Shown in pieces: positions 29,782 through 39,860 of a stretch of DNA of 64,000 nt (positions are counted from its first letter, which is position 1; each line of letters opens with the position of its first letter). The notes beneath the pieces were generated by a model that ran no database searches, was not told the DNA's origin, and worked only from the letters and a program-made list of their open reading frames with translations. Made by a program: the position numbers and the translations under genes. This DNA is from an uncultured delta proteobacterium (lineage in GTDB: Bacteria; Myxococcota_A; Polyangia; Polyangiales; Houyiibacteriaceae), in the NCBI GenBank assembly GCA_963699755.1, contig CAVOVB010000001.1:896001-960000 (forward strand). Direction: 5' to 3'.

Positions 29782-32363
29782 AGCTGCCCCCTCACCCCGA
29801 GCGCGGGGATGATCGGAAGCCCCAGCAGCGGGGACTGCTGCGTGAAATCGTAGTTGTAGATGATGCCCTCTTGGTTTTGCTGATTGTACGCGTTCCGGAT
29901 GTCGAGGAACAAGGCCAGCTGCCAGCCCTTGAAGAGCCACTCCTTTTGGACGCGAACATTGAGCTCGTGGAACAGAGGGTTTCTGAGCGAGTTCACCCGT
30001 CCGTCGATCGGAATGTAGACGTCGCTAAGCGCATCGTAAACCGAGCCGATGACCGGGGTGTTCGGGTTGCCGCTCACGAGGCGGAACAGGCCGCCGATCT
30101 CCCAGTTGCGCGGGAACTTGTAGACGAACGCCGCGGAGAGAATGTGCGTCTGGTCGAAATCAAACAGACGCCAGGGCTCCTCGGGCCCGTCCTTCCGTTC
30201 GCTCCGAGAGAGAGTGTAGGAGAGGTAGCCGAAGTACTTGCGTCCGGTCGCGGGGCGGAAGTTGGCGCTGAGCTCCGCGCCGTAGATCCGGCCGATGCCG
30301 CCCGTCACGTAGAAGGGCGCCTCGCCGTTCGGCGTCGCGATGGCCCGATCCCATAGGTATTTGTAGAAACCTTCGACGCCAAACCGGAAGCCGGGGATCG
30401 GGTCGTACTCCCAGCCCGCGCCCACGTGGACCGCTTGAATCGGATCGAGGTTGGGGTTGCCGATGCTCGTGTCGGACTCCTGGAACTCCGGCGGCTGGCT
30501 GAAGATCCCGAGGCCGAGCTTGACCCGCATGTCCGGTCGCACGCTGAAGATCGTCGTCACGCGCGGGTCGACCGCGAACTCGTCGATGTCGCTGAAATAG
30601 TCCACGCGCAGGCCCAAGATGAGCTCGGTGAACTTGCCCAGCCGGAGGTCCGATTCGAGGTAGAGGCCTGGGCGGTAGACCGTCGTATTCACGTCGGCAA
30701 ACACCTGCTCTTGCCCTGCGAGCGAGCCCTGCTGGCTTCCTCCTCCCTCCTGCGCGGTCGGCTGCGGGCCAACGTAGACCAGGTCGACGGGGGTGACGAA
30801 TACGTCGAGGCCCGCGATCAGTCGAACCCTGTCCGTGATCTGGTATCGCCACTCGGCGCGGCCGTAGTTCTGAAGAAAGGTGCCTTCGAGTCTGAACTCA
30901 TTGCCCAAGCCGAACGCGATCTTCGTGGGACCGATGTTGAACGCCAGCTCCTGCTCGACCTTGTCCCCGATCCGGCGGGTCCAGTCGATCTGGTTGTTGT
31001 AGAAGCTGGTCGAGAGCTCGGTGTTGCCTCGAATCGCCGGATCGTCGCCGCCAGCCTGCTCCAAAATGAGCTCGAGCCGGTCGCTCGAGCCGTATGCCGA
31101 GATGCGGATGCGGTCTCGTTTGGTCGGCGCGAATTTGAGCTTGAACTGGTAGTCGATGTAAACGGGCGCCTGCCGGATGCCGATGTCGTCCGGGAGCAAC
31201 GCGGGCAAGATCAGGTCGATCAGGCTTCGCCTAAGGCCACCCGAGATGCTGATCTTGTCGGTAATGGGACCCTCGAGCGTGACGAAGGTATCGATGATCG
31301 AGAACTCGGCCACTCCGTGAATCTTGTCTTGGGCCGGGTCTCTGGTGGTGACCTCCAAGATGCCACCGGTGCGCCGGCCGTAGCGGACCGAGAAGTTCCC
31401 CGGGTAGAAGTCGATCTTCTCGAGCTGGTAGGAGTTGTAGACGCTCGTGATGCCACCAAAGTGGAAGATCAGCGGAACGGGGATGCCATCGATGAACGAC
31501 TCGCTGTCCTGCGGGGCGGAGCCGCGAACGATGAGCAGGCCAATTCCAAATGGAGGTCGCGCGACGCCTGGCAAGAGCTCGACGGCGCGAAGGGCGTCTC
31601 CTCGGGTGCCGGGGATTCGAGTGAGTTCTTCCTTGTCGATCGTGCGCTTGATGACCTCGCGCGGCGGCGCATCGATGACCGCTGTCGCCCCAAAGCCACC
31701 ACGGCCCCTTTTTTTCTTGGCGCCAAGCCGGTAGATCACCTTGGTCTCGACTCCTGCGGCGAGCTCCTCTTCGACTTCCAAGTCGCCGTACTCGCCCCCT
31801 AGAATCCGGATGCTGTACTTCCCCGGCTCCAGATCGGTCACGATGAACGTCCCGTCAGCTCCCGAAACCAGATCTCGGACGAGCTCACCACCCTCGTTCT
31901 CGATCTCGATCACGACCGAGCCCGCGGAGCTGTCGTCCTGCGCGAGGAGCGCCGTCCCGCGAAGCCAGCCCGTCGTCATCACCTCGGGTGGCGCCTTGAG
32001 CTCGAAGACATACCGATAGCGAATCCGCGACGCGATCGGCTCCCAGTCGGTCCGAGCCGGCTCGAAGACGAACTGGCGAGCGGCCGCGAGTGCAGCTTCG
32101 TCAAACGCCTCTCCTGCTGATAGCAGCACCGTCGCCTCGGTGACCAGCCCATCCTTGCCCACGACGATGTCGAGCTCGACCACTCTCTCCTCTGGCTCTT
32201 CGCCTTCGGTTTCGGGGTAGGCGGCCTCGACGAAGCGAATGAGCCTCGGCGGTGTGATCAGGGGTTTGTTCTCGGACTCGGCGCCGGCTTTCGGCTCAGC
32301 TTGCGCCTGCGCGCTGCTCGCGAGGATCCATAAGACCAAGAACGCGCCGACCAAGCGAAGCAC
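29778..32363 (-). CDS. TonB-dependent receptor with N-terminal TonB-C-like and carboxypeptidase-regulatory domains
   Basis: PPRLIRFVEAAYP...FDEAALAAARQFVFEPA (TonB-C); plug RIPGTRGDALR...LPGVAR...FYPGNFSVRYG; barrel ending LGVRGQL. Confidence 0.88.
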   Translation of the reverse strand: MLRLVGAFLVLWILASSAQAQAEPKAGAESENKPLITPPRLIRFVEAAYPETEGEEPEERVVELDIVVGKDGLVTEATVLLSAGEAFDEAALAAARQFVFEPARTDWEPIASRIRYRYVFELKAPPEVMTTGWLRGTALLAQDDSSAGSVVIEIENEGGELVRDLVSGADGTFIVTDLEPGKYSIRILGGEYGDLEVEEELAAGVETKVIYRLGAKKKRGRGGFGATAVIDAPPREVIKRTIDKEELTRIPGTRGDALRAVELLPGVARPPFGIGLLIVRGSAPQDSESFIDGIPVPLIFHFGGITSVYNSYQLEKIDFYPGNFSVRYGRRTGGILEVTTRDPAQDKIHGVAEFSIIDTFVTLEGPITDKISISGGLRRSLIDLILPALLPDDIGIRQAPVYIDYQFKLKFAPTKRDRIRISAYGSSDRLELILEQAGGDDPAIRGNTELSTSFYNNQIDWTRRIGDKVEQELAFNIGPTKIAFGLGNEFRLEGTFLQNYGRAEWRYQITDRVRLIAGLDVFVTPVDLVYVGPQPTAQEGGGSQQGSLAGQEQVFADVNTTVYRPGLYLESDLRLGKFTELILGLRVDYFSDIDEFAVDPRVTTIFSVRPDMRVKLGLGIFSQPPEFQESDTSIGNPNLDPIQAVHVGAGWEYDPIPGFRFGVEGFYKYLWDRAIATPNGEAPFYVTGGIGRIYGAELSANFRPATGRKYFGYLSYTLSRSERKDGPEEPWRLFDFDQTHILSAAFVYKFPRNWEIGGLFRLVSGNPNTPVIGSVYDALSDVYIPIDGRVNSLRNPLFHELNVRVQKEWLFKGWQLALFLDIRNAYNQQNQEGIIYNYDFTQQSPLLGLPIIPALGVRGQL

Positions 32364-32575
32364 CGCGTCAGCATACGAACGGCGCCGAGGTCACACAAAC
32401 CGAAGCCCTCGCATGAATTAAGGCGCCCCGACTGCGTGCTCGCGCAGCCGGGGCTGGGTGTTGGATATGCTTGCCTGGATAAGATCTCTGGGAGGTCCTG
32501 CTTGGAGAGCTCGAAGCTACGCGATCTCGAAGCCGCGCGGGGTGTCGAGATCGTGAACAGTCGATGACGGTGGTC

Positions 32576-32616
32576 AAAACGAAACCGCCGCTCCCAAACG
32601 GGGGCGGCGGCTTCTC
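32576..32616 (-). terminator. Intrinsic terminator after the surface lipoprotein gene
   Basis: Minus strand GAAGCCGCCGCCCCC-GTTT-GGGAGCGGCGGTTTC followed by GTTTT. Confidence 0.75.
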
Positions 32617-32643
32617 GTCAATTGGATGGTTGAGGCGCTCGGT

Positions 32644-34065
32644 TCAGTTAGCCGGGAACGCGTTCCAAGCGCCGGTCCAGACAGTGCCCGCGGCGAAGGC
32701 GCCCTGGCAGTTGGTGTTGCTCACCGAGTAATCCGGCGTTGCGCTGCCATCGACAGCCCCGCTGAAGTCGCCGAGCTGTGGATCCTCCTCGAGGTTGTTC
32801 TGCGCGGGCATGTTGGTGTTCTCCGGCAAGTAGTTGGCGAGATCCGTGAAATCGCCGCTGCCGCTGTAGTCGTCGCAGTCTTCGTCGCCTGTGGGGTTGC
32901 CCGGATCGTCCGGGTCTTCCATGCAGCCAACGTCCTCTGGGAAATCCGGGGCGTTGTTGTCAAAGCACGAGTTGGTCACGAGGAGGCCATCGGGCCAACC
33001 ACCCGCAACGTCCCAAGCGCCGTCCCGGATGTCGACGCCAGCGCGGTTCCAGCCAGAGACGACGAGACCGTCGAGGGCGCCCCAGGTGCCACGGCGAAGA
33101 ACGATCCCCTCGTTGTTTGAGGTATCTGGCGATGCCACGAGAGTGCCGTTCCGGACCTCGGGGGCCGAGCGCGGCTGGACGTCGTTGTTCTGGCTGAAGT
33201 TGTCCGCTTCGATCCCGCGGGGATCCTCAGAGCTGCCCGCAAAGTGGTGAACGATGAAGTTCTCCACCTTGCCGCGGAAGCCCTGGTCCCAATCGATTCC
33301 GTCGTCGCCCGTGCCCGAGACGATGACATGGTTGATTTCGGCCGTACCGCCGAAGAACTCCACACCATCGTCGAGGCCCCTGTGGATCTGGATGTAATCG
33401 AGCACCGTATCGCTACCGCAGCCACCGACGGTCAGGCCGTTGAGCTCGTTGCCCTCCGTCCCGCCAAACTTGAAACCTGCGAACTCGATGCGAACGTACC
33501 GGAGCGTGCCGCAGTTCCATGTGTCGTCATTCCCGCCGAACCTACCGCGGGCCTCGCCATCGGGGAGCCCCTCGATGTTGGCTACGCATTCGCCTAGCTC
33601 TCCATCACAAGCCGCGCCGCCCCAGCTGAGCTTCGCCTCCCCGAGAAGGACAACGCCGCCCCAGTCGCCAGCTACGCGCTCACCTTCCGTACGCGACGAA
33701 GTCATGACGATGGGTGCCTCGGAAGTGCCCTGGGCATCGATCGTGCCGCTCTGGGTGACGATCAGCGCCGAGCCATTGTCGCCGCCGACCGTGACACCAG
33801 CCTCGATGGTGAGGTTCGCGCCTACCACATAGGTGGTGCGCGTAAGGACGTAGGTGCAATCGGCGGTGAGCAGAGTGTCCTCGGTGATCTCTTCTGCGGT
33901 GATCAGTACCTGGCCACTGCCGCCGGCGTCCGCGCACAGATCAACCACGCTGCCGGAGCCGCCAGAGCCGCCAGAGCCGCCAGAGCCCCCGTCGCTGCTA
34001 CACGCTGCGATAGAGACGACCATGGCGCCGATAACAGCCATTCCTACATAGTTTTTCATATCCAT
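32644..34065 (-). CDS. Acidic beta-helix-like surface lipoprotein associated with a TonB receptor
   Basis: Lipobox IAAC and Gly/Ser linker; GDWGGVVLLG, GTLRYVRIEFAG, NELNGLTVGG, DDGVEFFGG and DDGIDWDQG motifs. Confidence 0.82.
   Translation of the reverse strand: MDMKNYVGMAVIGAMVVSIAACSSDGGSGGSGGSGGSGSVVDLCADAGGSGQVLITAEEITEDTLLTADCTYVLTRTTYVVGANLTIEAGVTVGGDNGSALIVTQSGTIDAQGTSEAPIVMTSSRTEGERVAGDWGGVVLLGEAKLSWGGAACDGELGECVANIEGLPDGEARGRFGGNDDTWNCGTLRYVRIEFAGFKFGGTEGNELNGLTVGGCGSDTVLDYIQIHRGLDDGVEFFGGTAEINHVIVSGTGDDGIDWDQGFRGKVENFIVHHFAGSSEDPRGIEADNFSQNNDVQPRSAPEVRNGTLVASPDTSNNEGIVLRRGTWGALDGLVVSGWNRAGVDIRDGAWDVAGGWPDGLLVTNSCFDNNAPDFPEDVGCMEDPDDPGNPTGDEDCDDYSGSGDFTDLANYLPENTNMPAQNNLEEDPQLGDFSGAVDGSATPDYSVSNTNCQGAFAAGTVWTGAWNAFPAN
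33956..33987. repeat. 9-bp tandem repeat (GAGCCGCCA x3.5) encoding a GGS linker
   Basis: Directly visible; encodes GGSGGSGGSGGS after the lipid-anchored Cys. Confidence 0.85.
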
Positions 34066-34147
34066 ATCCTCTTCATGGGCGGCCCTTCTTTACGCCGCGT
34101 GATTTTGGTCGTGTCCTGAGCGGACCGTTCGTCCGTCGATTCACGAA

Positions 34148-37100
34148 TCAGTAGATGTACTCCGCACCGATGCTCACGGTCGTCCCGTAGTTCTCCAGCA
34201 AGACCAGTGTTCCGCCTTGCTCGTATCGCTGCTTGGCAAATGCGATGTTCTTCCACTTGAGACCGAGCTTGACGTGTGGCGTTGGCTTCCAGGTCACCAT
34301 GAAGTCGAGCAGATGTTGGGGAAGCTCGTAGACATCGGGAATGATGAAGTCGCCGGCTGCAGATCCCGCTTCGACGATCCTCGGCCCGAATGCGTTGTAG
34401 ACCAAACCCACCATCACGCCCGCGTCAGGATCGTCAAAACGAAGTGACAGATTGGTAACGAAGGGTGATTGATTGAACAGCCGGCGCTGCAAACGGCCGG
34501 AAATTCCTTGATCTTGTGGCAGGTTCGTCTGCGAGCCCATCACGGCGACGTTGCCCAGGAAGAAGAACCTGTCGAGCTTCTCATGAAAGCGGCCGAAGCC
34601 CAAACGGAGCTCAACCTCACCGCCCACGAGCCAAGCGCTCTTCGCGTTCTTGAAGCCCGCGGTGCTATTGACTTGATTGAAAATCACGAACTCGATGGGT
34701 TGGTCGAACCACTTGAAAAAGGCGGTGGCCGCAACGAGGTCCGTCCCACCGAAATAGTACTCGTACCGAGCCTCCGCATTTTGCACCTGGCTGCTCTGTA
34801 GGTCCGGGTTGCCAGCAATGTTCCAGCCTCGAATGAAGTCCGCGTAGGTGAAAGGCGCCAGCTCCCGGATCGCGGGCCGAATGACGGTCATGCCGTAGCC
34901 CAGAGTCACGAACATCTCTTCGTTGACCTCAAAGCGGAAGGTCGCGGACGGCAAGGGATTGAGGTCCGTGCGGTCGGTGCTCTTGAGCTGGCTAGGGTCC
35001 GTGACCTCAGCAAATGGGCTCTGCGACTGCACTCTTTGGGTAAAGGCCTCGAAACGCATGAGCCCCAGGAACTTGAGCCAGGGCGCCAAGGGCGTCTCGA
35101 GCTGCAGATAGCCCGCGAGCAAGCGGTTGCTGGCCACATAGCTATCCTCGATCTGGGTGAGCTCGCGAATCGTCGAAATCCTTCCCAAATTGAGCCCATC
35201 GAAGACTGCCTCGGGGTCGCCAATGAGCTGGGTCGCGCCGAGCTGCTGCTGGACGAAGCGCCGGGCAGTGAAATCACGATCTTGGTATCCGCCGTAGGCA
35301 CCGACCGAGCCATATGCCGTTTTCTCGAAGGCTTGGAATAGCGGAAACCGCGCGCTGCTCTTACCTTGGACGAAATACTGGTTCAGAGTCGCGTAGTAAC
35401 GGCTTGCATTGGTGGTGAGCTGACTCTTGGTGAACTGCTGAATCTCGCGTCGATCCGGCTCATCGCGCCGCCCCAGGCCACCGCTCAAATTCCACTGCAA
35501 GCGCGCTTGCGTGTCCCCAAGGTTGCGGTGGTCGCCCGTGAGTTGATTGAATAAGATCGAGCGGCCGATGAAATTGTAGCTGTTCTTGGACAACAGAAAT
35601 TCGTCTTGGAGCCCCGTGTCCTCCTTGACGCCGAGCTGCGTGAGAGTCGTGTCGTTGCTCACGCGGCTGAACATCGAGGTGATGTTCAGGAAGTTATCAG
35701 GGTCGAGCTCGAGGAACGCGCTACCGAACGTTCCCCAGAGCACCTCCTGCTTTCCGCCCTTGATGTCGAAGTCCTGCAACAAGCGATCGATCTGGCCTTC
35801 CGCATTGAACCGGTAACGCTTGTTGAAACCGGTGCGAATCGCCTCTTCATAATCGTAGATGAAGCTGATCAGGTAGCCCGCTCGCCTACCTTCCTTTTTG
35901 AGGTCACCCGAGTCGCCCACACTGGCTTTGATACTGAGCTGGGGTATCGCGAGCTTGTACTTCGGATTCCAAACGTTCTCGAACTGACGCCCCACCTGCG
36001 CGACCTGGTCTCGGGTTTGATAGCGGCTGCCCGAGCCGGCCCGACCGACATCGAGGCGATCAGCACCGACCGCACCTGGCAGTGCGCGTGTGCCGTCATC
36101 GAACCCGATCCAGTCGCGCCTACCCCCCTGATAGGTGGGCATCTGCTGAAAGGTGCTCAGTGAGTTGACGCCGACCGATGCACCCACTTTGATCGTCAGG
36201 TCGCGTGGATACTTGTTGGTGTCGATGAGCAACAGGCCACCCGCAAAGGAACCCATGAGATCGGGTCGGGGCACCTTGACCACGGCAAGGTTGCTGACGA
36301 TGTCCGTTGGGAAGATGTCGAGACGTATGCTCGGAACATCGGGGTCGACACCCGGCACGGGAACACCGTTGAGCAGGATCAGGTTGTATCGGTCTGCGAG
36401 GCCTCGAACGATGATGCGATCGTCCTCGTCGATCGTCACGCCCACCACGCGTGTCACCGCCCCTTTGGCGGTGCTGTCGCCGGCGCGCTTGATCTCTTCG
36501 GCGCTGATCGCGTCCTGCACGCCCACCGTCTCTTTTCGGATGTTGAGCTGAGCCGCCTCGCTCGAGGTGTCCGCGCGGTAAACGACCTCTTGCTCTTCGA
36601 CGCCGGCGTCCTTTTCACTGATCGGGTCGAGGATGAAGTTGATCCGGCTGAATTTCCCTCGGGTGACGGCGATGTCGTCCCAGCGCGCGCCGTGGTAGAG
36701 GTCGTAGTACGAGCGAAGCGTGTACTTGCCCGGGGGCAAGTAGAGCCGATATCGGCCGCGCTCATCGGTGATGGTGCTCCGGAGCTTGCCGTCTTCTTTG
36801 CCTTTCGCGAGGACGGGCGCGTCGGGAAGGACCTTCTTCGGCTTGCGGGAGACGACCTGCCCTTGCACGCCCGTTTCCTTGTCGGCTCCGGGCTCGAGCT
36901 TGTTCGGGTCTTGAACTTGGACGGCCTTGGAGACGACCGGCGTCGGACTATCCTCGATCTCCTTGCCCTCGGCGTCGGTGACCTGGTCTTCCTCCGTGTC
37001 CGGGCTGGCGCCATACTCGATCACGACTTCGTCGACATCTTCGATCGAGTCTTCTTCCTCTTCTTCTTCGGCGGCCCCCACGTCGGGCGTAATCCACTCC

Positions 37101-37369
37101 TTGCCATCGACATCACGGCGGATGATTTCGTCCTTCTTCTTCTCCGACGGCGGCTCTTCCTTTTTCGCGTCCGAAGGCGCCACCTTGGCGGGCGGCTCCT
37201 CCTTCGCCGGGGGCTCGTCCTTCTTCTGCTCGGACGGCGGTTCGTCAACCGGCGGCGTCTCCTCGGAAGGCGGCGCCCCGGACTCCTGGGCAAGTAGCTC
37301 CCCCGGAATCGACGCACGAATCCCCACGAGAAGGGCTAGTAGTAGCCCTTCTTTAGTCAGCCTGGACAT
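34148..37369 (-). CDS. TonB-dependent receptor with long acidic N-terminal extension
   Basis: Carboxypeptidase-regulatory-like domain; plug DAISAEEIKRAGDS...IVRGLADRYN...LDIFP; barrel motifs RPAIRELAP and GNPDL; C-terminal aromatic residue. Confidence 0.9.
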   Translation of the reverse strand: MSRLTKEGLLLALLVGIRASIPGELLAQESGAPPSEETPPVDEPPSEQKKDEPPAKEEPPAKVAPSDAKKEEPPSEKKKDEIIRRDVDGKEWITPDVGAAEEEEEEDSIEDVDEVVIEYGASPDTEEDQVTDAEGKEIEDSPTPVVSKAVQVQDPNKLEPGADKETGVQGQVVSRKPKKVLPDAPVLAKGKEDGKLRSTITDERGRYRLYLPPGKYTLRSYYDLYHGARWDDIAVTRGKFSRINFILDPISEKDAGVEEQEVVYRADTSSEAAQLNIRKETVGVQDAISAEEIKRAGDSTAKGAVTRVVGVTIDEDDRIIVRGLADRYNLILLNGVPVPGVDPDVPSIRLDIFPTDIVSNLAVVKVPRPDLMGSFAGGLLLIDTNKYPRDLTIKVGASVGVNSLSTFQQMPTYQGGRRDWIGFDDGTRALPGAVGADRLDVGRAGSGSRYQTRDQVAQVGRQFENVWNPKYKLAIPQLSIKASVGDSGDLKKEGRRAGYLISFIYDYEEAIRTGFNKRYRFNAEGQIDRLLQDFDIKGGKQEVLWGTFGSAFLELDPDNFLNITSMFSRVSNDTTLTQLGVKEDTGLQDEFLLSKNSYNFIGRSILFNQLTGDHRNLGDTQARLQWNLSGGLGRRDEPDRREIQQFTKSQLTTNASRYYATLNQYFVQGKSSARFPLFQAFEKTAYGSVGAYGGYQDRDFTARRFVQQQLGATQLIGDPEAVFDGLNLGRISTIRELTQIEDSYVASNRLLAGYLQLETPLAPWLKFLGLMRFEAFTQRVQSQSPFAEVTDPSQLKSTDRTDLNPLPSATFRFEVNEEMFVTLGYGMTVIRPAIRELAPFTYADFIRGWNIAGNPDLQSSQVQNAEARYEYYFGGTDLVAATAFFKWFDQPIEFVIFNQVNSTAGFKNAKSAWLVGGEVELRLGFGRFHEKLDRFFFLGNVAVMGSQTNLPQDQGISGRLQRRLFNQSPFVTNLSLRFDDPDAGVMVGLVYNAFGPRIVEAGSAAGDFIIPDVYELPQHLLDFMVTWKPTPHVKLGLKWKNIAFAKQRYEQGGTLVLLENYGTTVSIGAEYIY

Positions 37370-37423
37370 TTCTCTCCTTCGACGAATCGGGCCCAGAAGG
37401 CCCGACCTCAGATCGGCATGCTC

Positions 37424-37861
37424 CTAGTCGTGCACGCCCTCCGTGAGGACAGCGATGTGCGCCGCTCCTCCCACGCGCGCCAAATCGAGCGCACGCACGG
37501 CGCGTGAGTACGGCGTTTTATCCGCCGCATCGAAAAACACTTTGCGCTCGCCGCGCGCGATCAAGACACGCCTGAGCTTCTCGGCGAACTCCTCGTCCGG
37601 AACGACCTCTTTGTTGATCTGAAAATGGCCTGCCGGATTCACGCTGATGACCAACGGCTGCTTCTCGCTCGGATCGGGAGGCGTGATGTCCTCGGATTCG
37701 GGCTTGTCCGGCACATGCACCCAGAAGTGCGCCGGCATGAGCGGCATGATCACCATGAAAATGATGAGAAGCACCAAGACGACGTCCACCAGCGGCGTGA
37801 CGTTCATCTCCGGTCTAGCTTTGCTCTTCTTACCTTCAGAGGCTCCGACGTTCATTCCCAT
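37424..37861 (-). CDS. exbD: ExbD/TolR family protein
   Basis: MNVTPLVDVVLVLLIIFMV motif. Confidence 0.92.
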   Translation of the reverse strand: MGMNVGASEGKKSKARPEMNVTPLVDVVLVLLIIFMVIMPLMPAHFWVHVPDKPESEDITPPDPSEKQPLVISVNPAGHFQINKEVVPDEEFAEKLRRVLIARGERKVFFDAADKTPYSRAVRALDLARVGGAAHIAVLTEGVHD

Positions 37862-37872
37862 GAGATTCGCCT

Positions 37873-38346
37873 TTAGTTGAGGGCCTGCTTGCGCTTGCGA
37901 ACGCTATCGGCGAACGCCGCTGCATCGTCCAGAGCCGCCTTGGTCGCCCGCAGCGCAACCCCCGGGAAACCCACATCCTGCACGACGGCCATGACATCGC
38001 GCACCTTGTCGTAGGTCAGCCGGTGGTCGCCGCGAAGCACGAGTCTTTTGTTCGGGTCGTTCGCATTTGCCGCTCGGAGGTGAGCGCCGAGCGCTTGCCT
38101 GCTCACCGCGTAGTCGTCGAGATAAAGCCGTCCGTCGACGTCTATCGAAAGCACATAGGGGTCAGGCTCGCCCTTGCGTTCCTCGTCCGGGTTCTCGAGC
38201 TTCGCGAGCTCGAGGTTCATGTCGCTCACGGCCGCCGGCAGGATCACCATGAAGATGATCAGAAGCACCAAGACGACGTCCACCAAGGGTGTCACGTTCA
38301 TCTCTGGCTTGACTGGTTCGCGCTTCTTTCGTGAGAGACTAGACAT
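37873..38346 (-). CDS. exbD: ExbD/TolR family protein
   Basis: MNVTPLVDVVLVLLIIFMV and LRGD motifs. Confidence 0.92.
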   Translation of the reverse strand: MSSLSRKKREPVKPEMNVTPLVDVVLVLLIIFMVILPAAVSDMNLELAKLENPDEERKGEPDPYVLSIDVDGRLYLDDYAVSRQALGAHLRAANANDPNKRLVLRGDHRLTYDKVRDVMAVVQDVGFPGVALRATKAALDDAAAFADSVRKRKQALN

Positions 38347-38372
38347 GGGCTCGTCCGCTTAGCGGTCCTGGT

Positions 38373-39119
38373 TCATTCGGCCGGAAAGGGTGTCGCCACC
38401 TGACCGTTCATCGCAGTGCTGGGCGGGTCCAAGATCGCCTCGGGGTCGCCACCGAGGGCGCCTGCTTCGAGCTGGTCGACGAGCTCGCTGCCCGCGTTGG
38501 CAAGGCCGGCTTCGTACTTGGAGATGAGGCCACTCAACCAGTTGAAGAGCATCACGGAGGGGATCGCGACCATGAGGCCGTACCCAGTGACGTAGAGCGC
38601 CTCACCGATGAGGGGCCCAATGGTGCTGAGGCCCCCGCCACCGTCCTGTCCGATGACCTTGAAGGCACCGAGAATCCCGAAGACGGTTCCGAGCAGGCCG
38701 ACGAACGGAGCCGTCGAACCGGTCGTGGCCAGCACGCTCATGCCCTTGTTCAGGTTCGTGCTGAGGTTCTCCCCGGTGCGCTCGAGGCTGCGTTGCGTGA
38801 ACTCGGCGGCCCGGTCCCGGCTGTGACCGAGTGCAAGGTTCTCTTGAAAGACCTTGATGCCTTCGAAGATGAAGCGCGCAAGATGGCTCCGCTTCTTCGC
38901 ATCGGCGGCGATCTGCACGACCGCATTCGCATCACCCCGCTCCATTGGCTCTGAAACGTCGGCGGCAAACTTACGCGAGCGCCGCTTCGACATGAACAGC
39001 ATCAGCAGTCGGTCGACGGTGACGGTGACGCCCCAGACCCCCTGAATCGTGAGCACGACTACCGCGCTCTTCACGATCGGGTTCATCGTGTGCCACATCT
39101 CGAGAATGTTGATTTCCAT
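38373..39119 (-). CDS. exbB: ExbB/TolQ/MotA proton channel protein
   Basis: LATTGSTAPFVGLLGTVFGI and EALYVTGYGLMVAIP motifs; ATG 39119 with GAGG RBS. Confidence 0.92.
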   Translation of the reverse strand: MEINILEMWHTMNPIVKSAVVVLTIQGVWGVTVTVDRLLMLFMSKRRSRKFAADVSEPMERGDANAVVQIAADAKKRSHLARFIFEGIKVFQENLALGHSRDRAAEFTQRSLERTGENLSTNLNKGMSVLATTGSTAPFVGLLGTVFGILGAFKVIGQDGGGGLSTIGPLIGEALYVTGYGLMVAIPSVMLFNWLSGLISKYEAGLANAGSELVDQLEAGALGGDPEAILDPPSTAMNGQVATPFPAE

Positions 39120-39133
39120 GGCTAGCACCTCTT

Positions 39134-39856
39134 TCAAATATTGGACGGCTTGAACGTAAACTGTCGCCGGTACGGGTACGGAACCGCGGTACCGTCGGGT
39201 AAGCGCGCTGGCTCGAATCGTTGAGCCAATGCGCACTTGAGAATCGACTCGTCGGGAATCAGCGGGTGCGACGCTTCCATGTCCGCTTTCGCCGGGACTC
39301 CGTCGGGCATGATCAAGAGGCGCACCCGAACGCGAATCGTCTCCGCGCTCGCGCGTACTTCGACCGGCACCTCCGGCGCTCGGCAACCGCTCAAGAACTT
39401 CGGCCGGCGGACGGTTTCGCGCCTCTGACGCGGGCCGGTCTTCTTCTTTCCCTTGCTCCCACCACCGCCGATCATCTCGTCGATGTTGATCTCTTCGACC
39501 TCGGCAAGGCGCCCTTCACTCGCCTCTTGAAGCTCTTCATCGGGGATTTCCTGAGGCGCGCTGAGCCCTCGCTTCTGCCCCGGCTCGGCTTCGACTTCCT
39601 TCGGCGCTTCCTTCTTCTCGACCGGCTTGGGTTTGGGCTTCGGCCTCTCCTGCTCGACCGGCGTCGGAGCCGCAGCGAACTCGACGGCGACGTCGCGCTC
39701 CTGGCGATCCACGACAACCTTTGCCGTCGCAACAGCCGCCGCCACGCCCAGGCCTGCAACGACGTAGACCACCGAAGACACCGCCAGCGAAAGGCCCATA
39801 CGTCCTCTCGACTCGTCAGACTCCTTCTTCTTCTTGTCGAAATCGCTAAACATCAT
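39134..39856 (-). CDS. tonB: TonB-like energy transducer
   Basis: N-terminal TM, Pro/Lys/Glu linker (RPKPKPKP) and C-terminal RFEPARLPDGTAV domain; directly upstream of exbB. Confidence 0.8.
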   Translation of the reverse strand: MMFSDFDKKKKESDESRGRMGLSLAVSSVVYVVAGLGVAAAVATAKVVVDRQERDVAVEFAAAPTPVEQERPKPKPKPVEKKEAPKEVEAEPGQKRGLSAPQEIPDEELQEASEGRLAEVEEINIDEMIGGGGSKGKKKTGPRQRRETVRRPKFLSGCRAPEVPVEVRASAETIRVRVRLLIMPDGVPAKADMEASHPLIPDESILKCALAQRFEPARLPDGTAVPYPYRRQFTFKPSNI

Positions 39857-39860
39857 TGAA

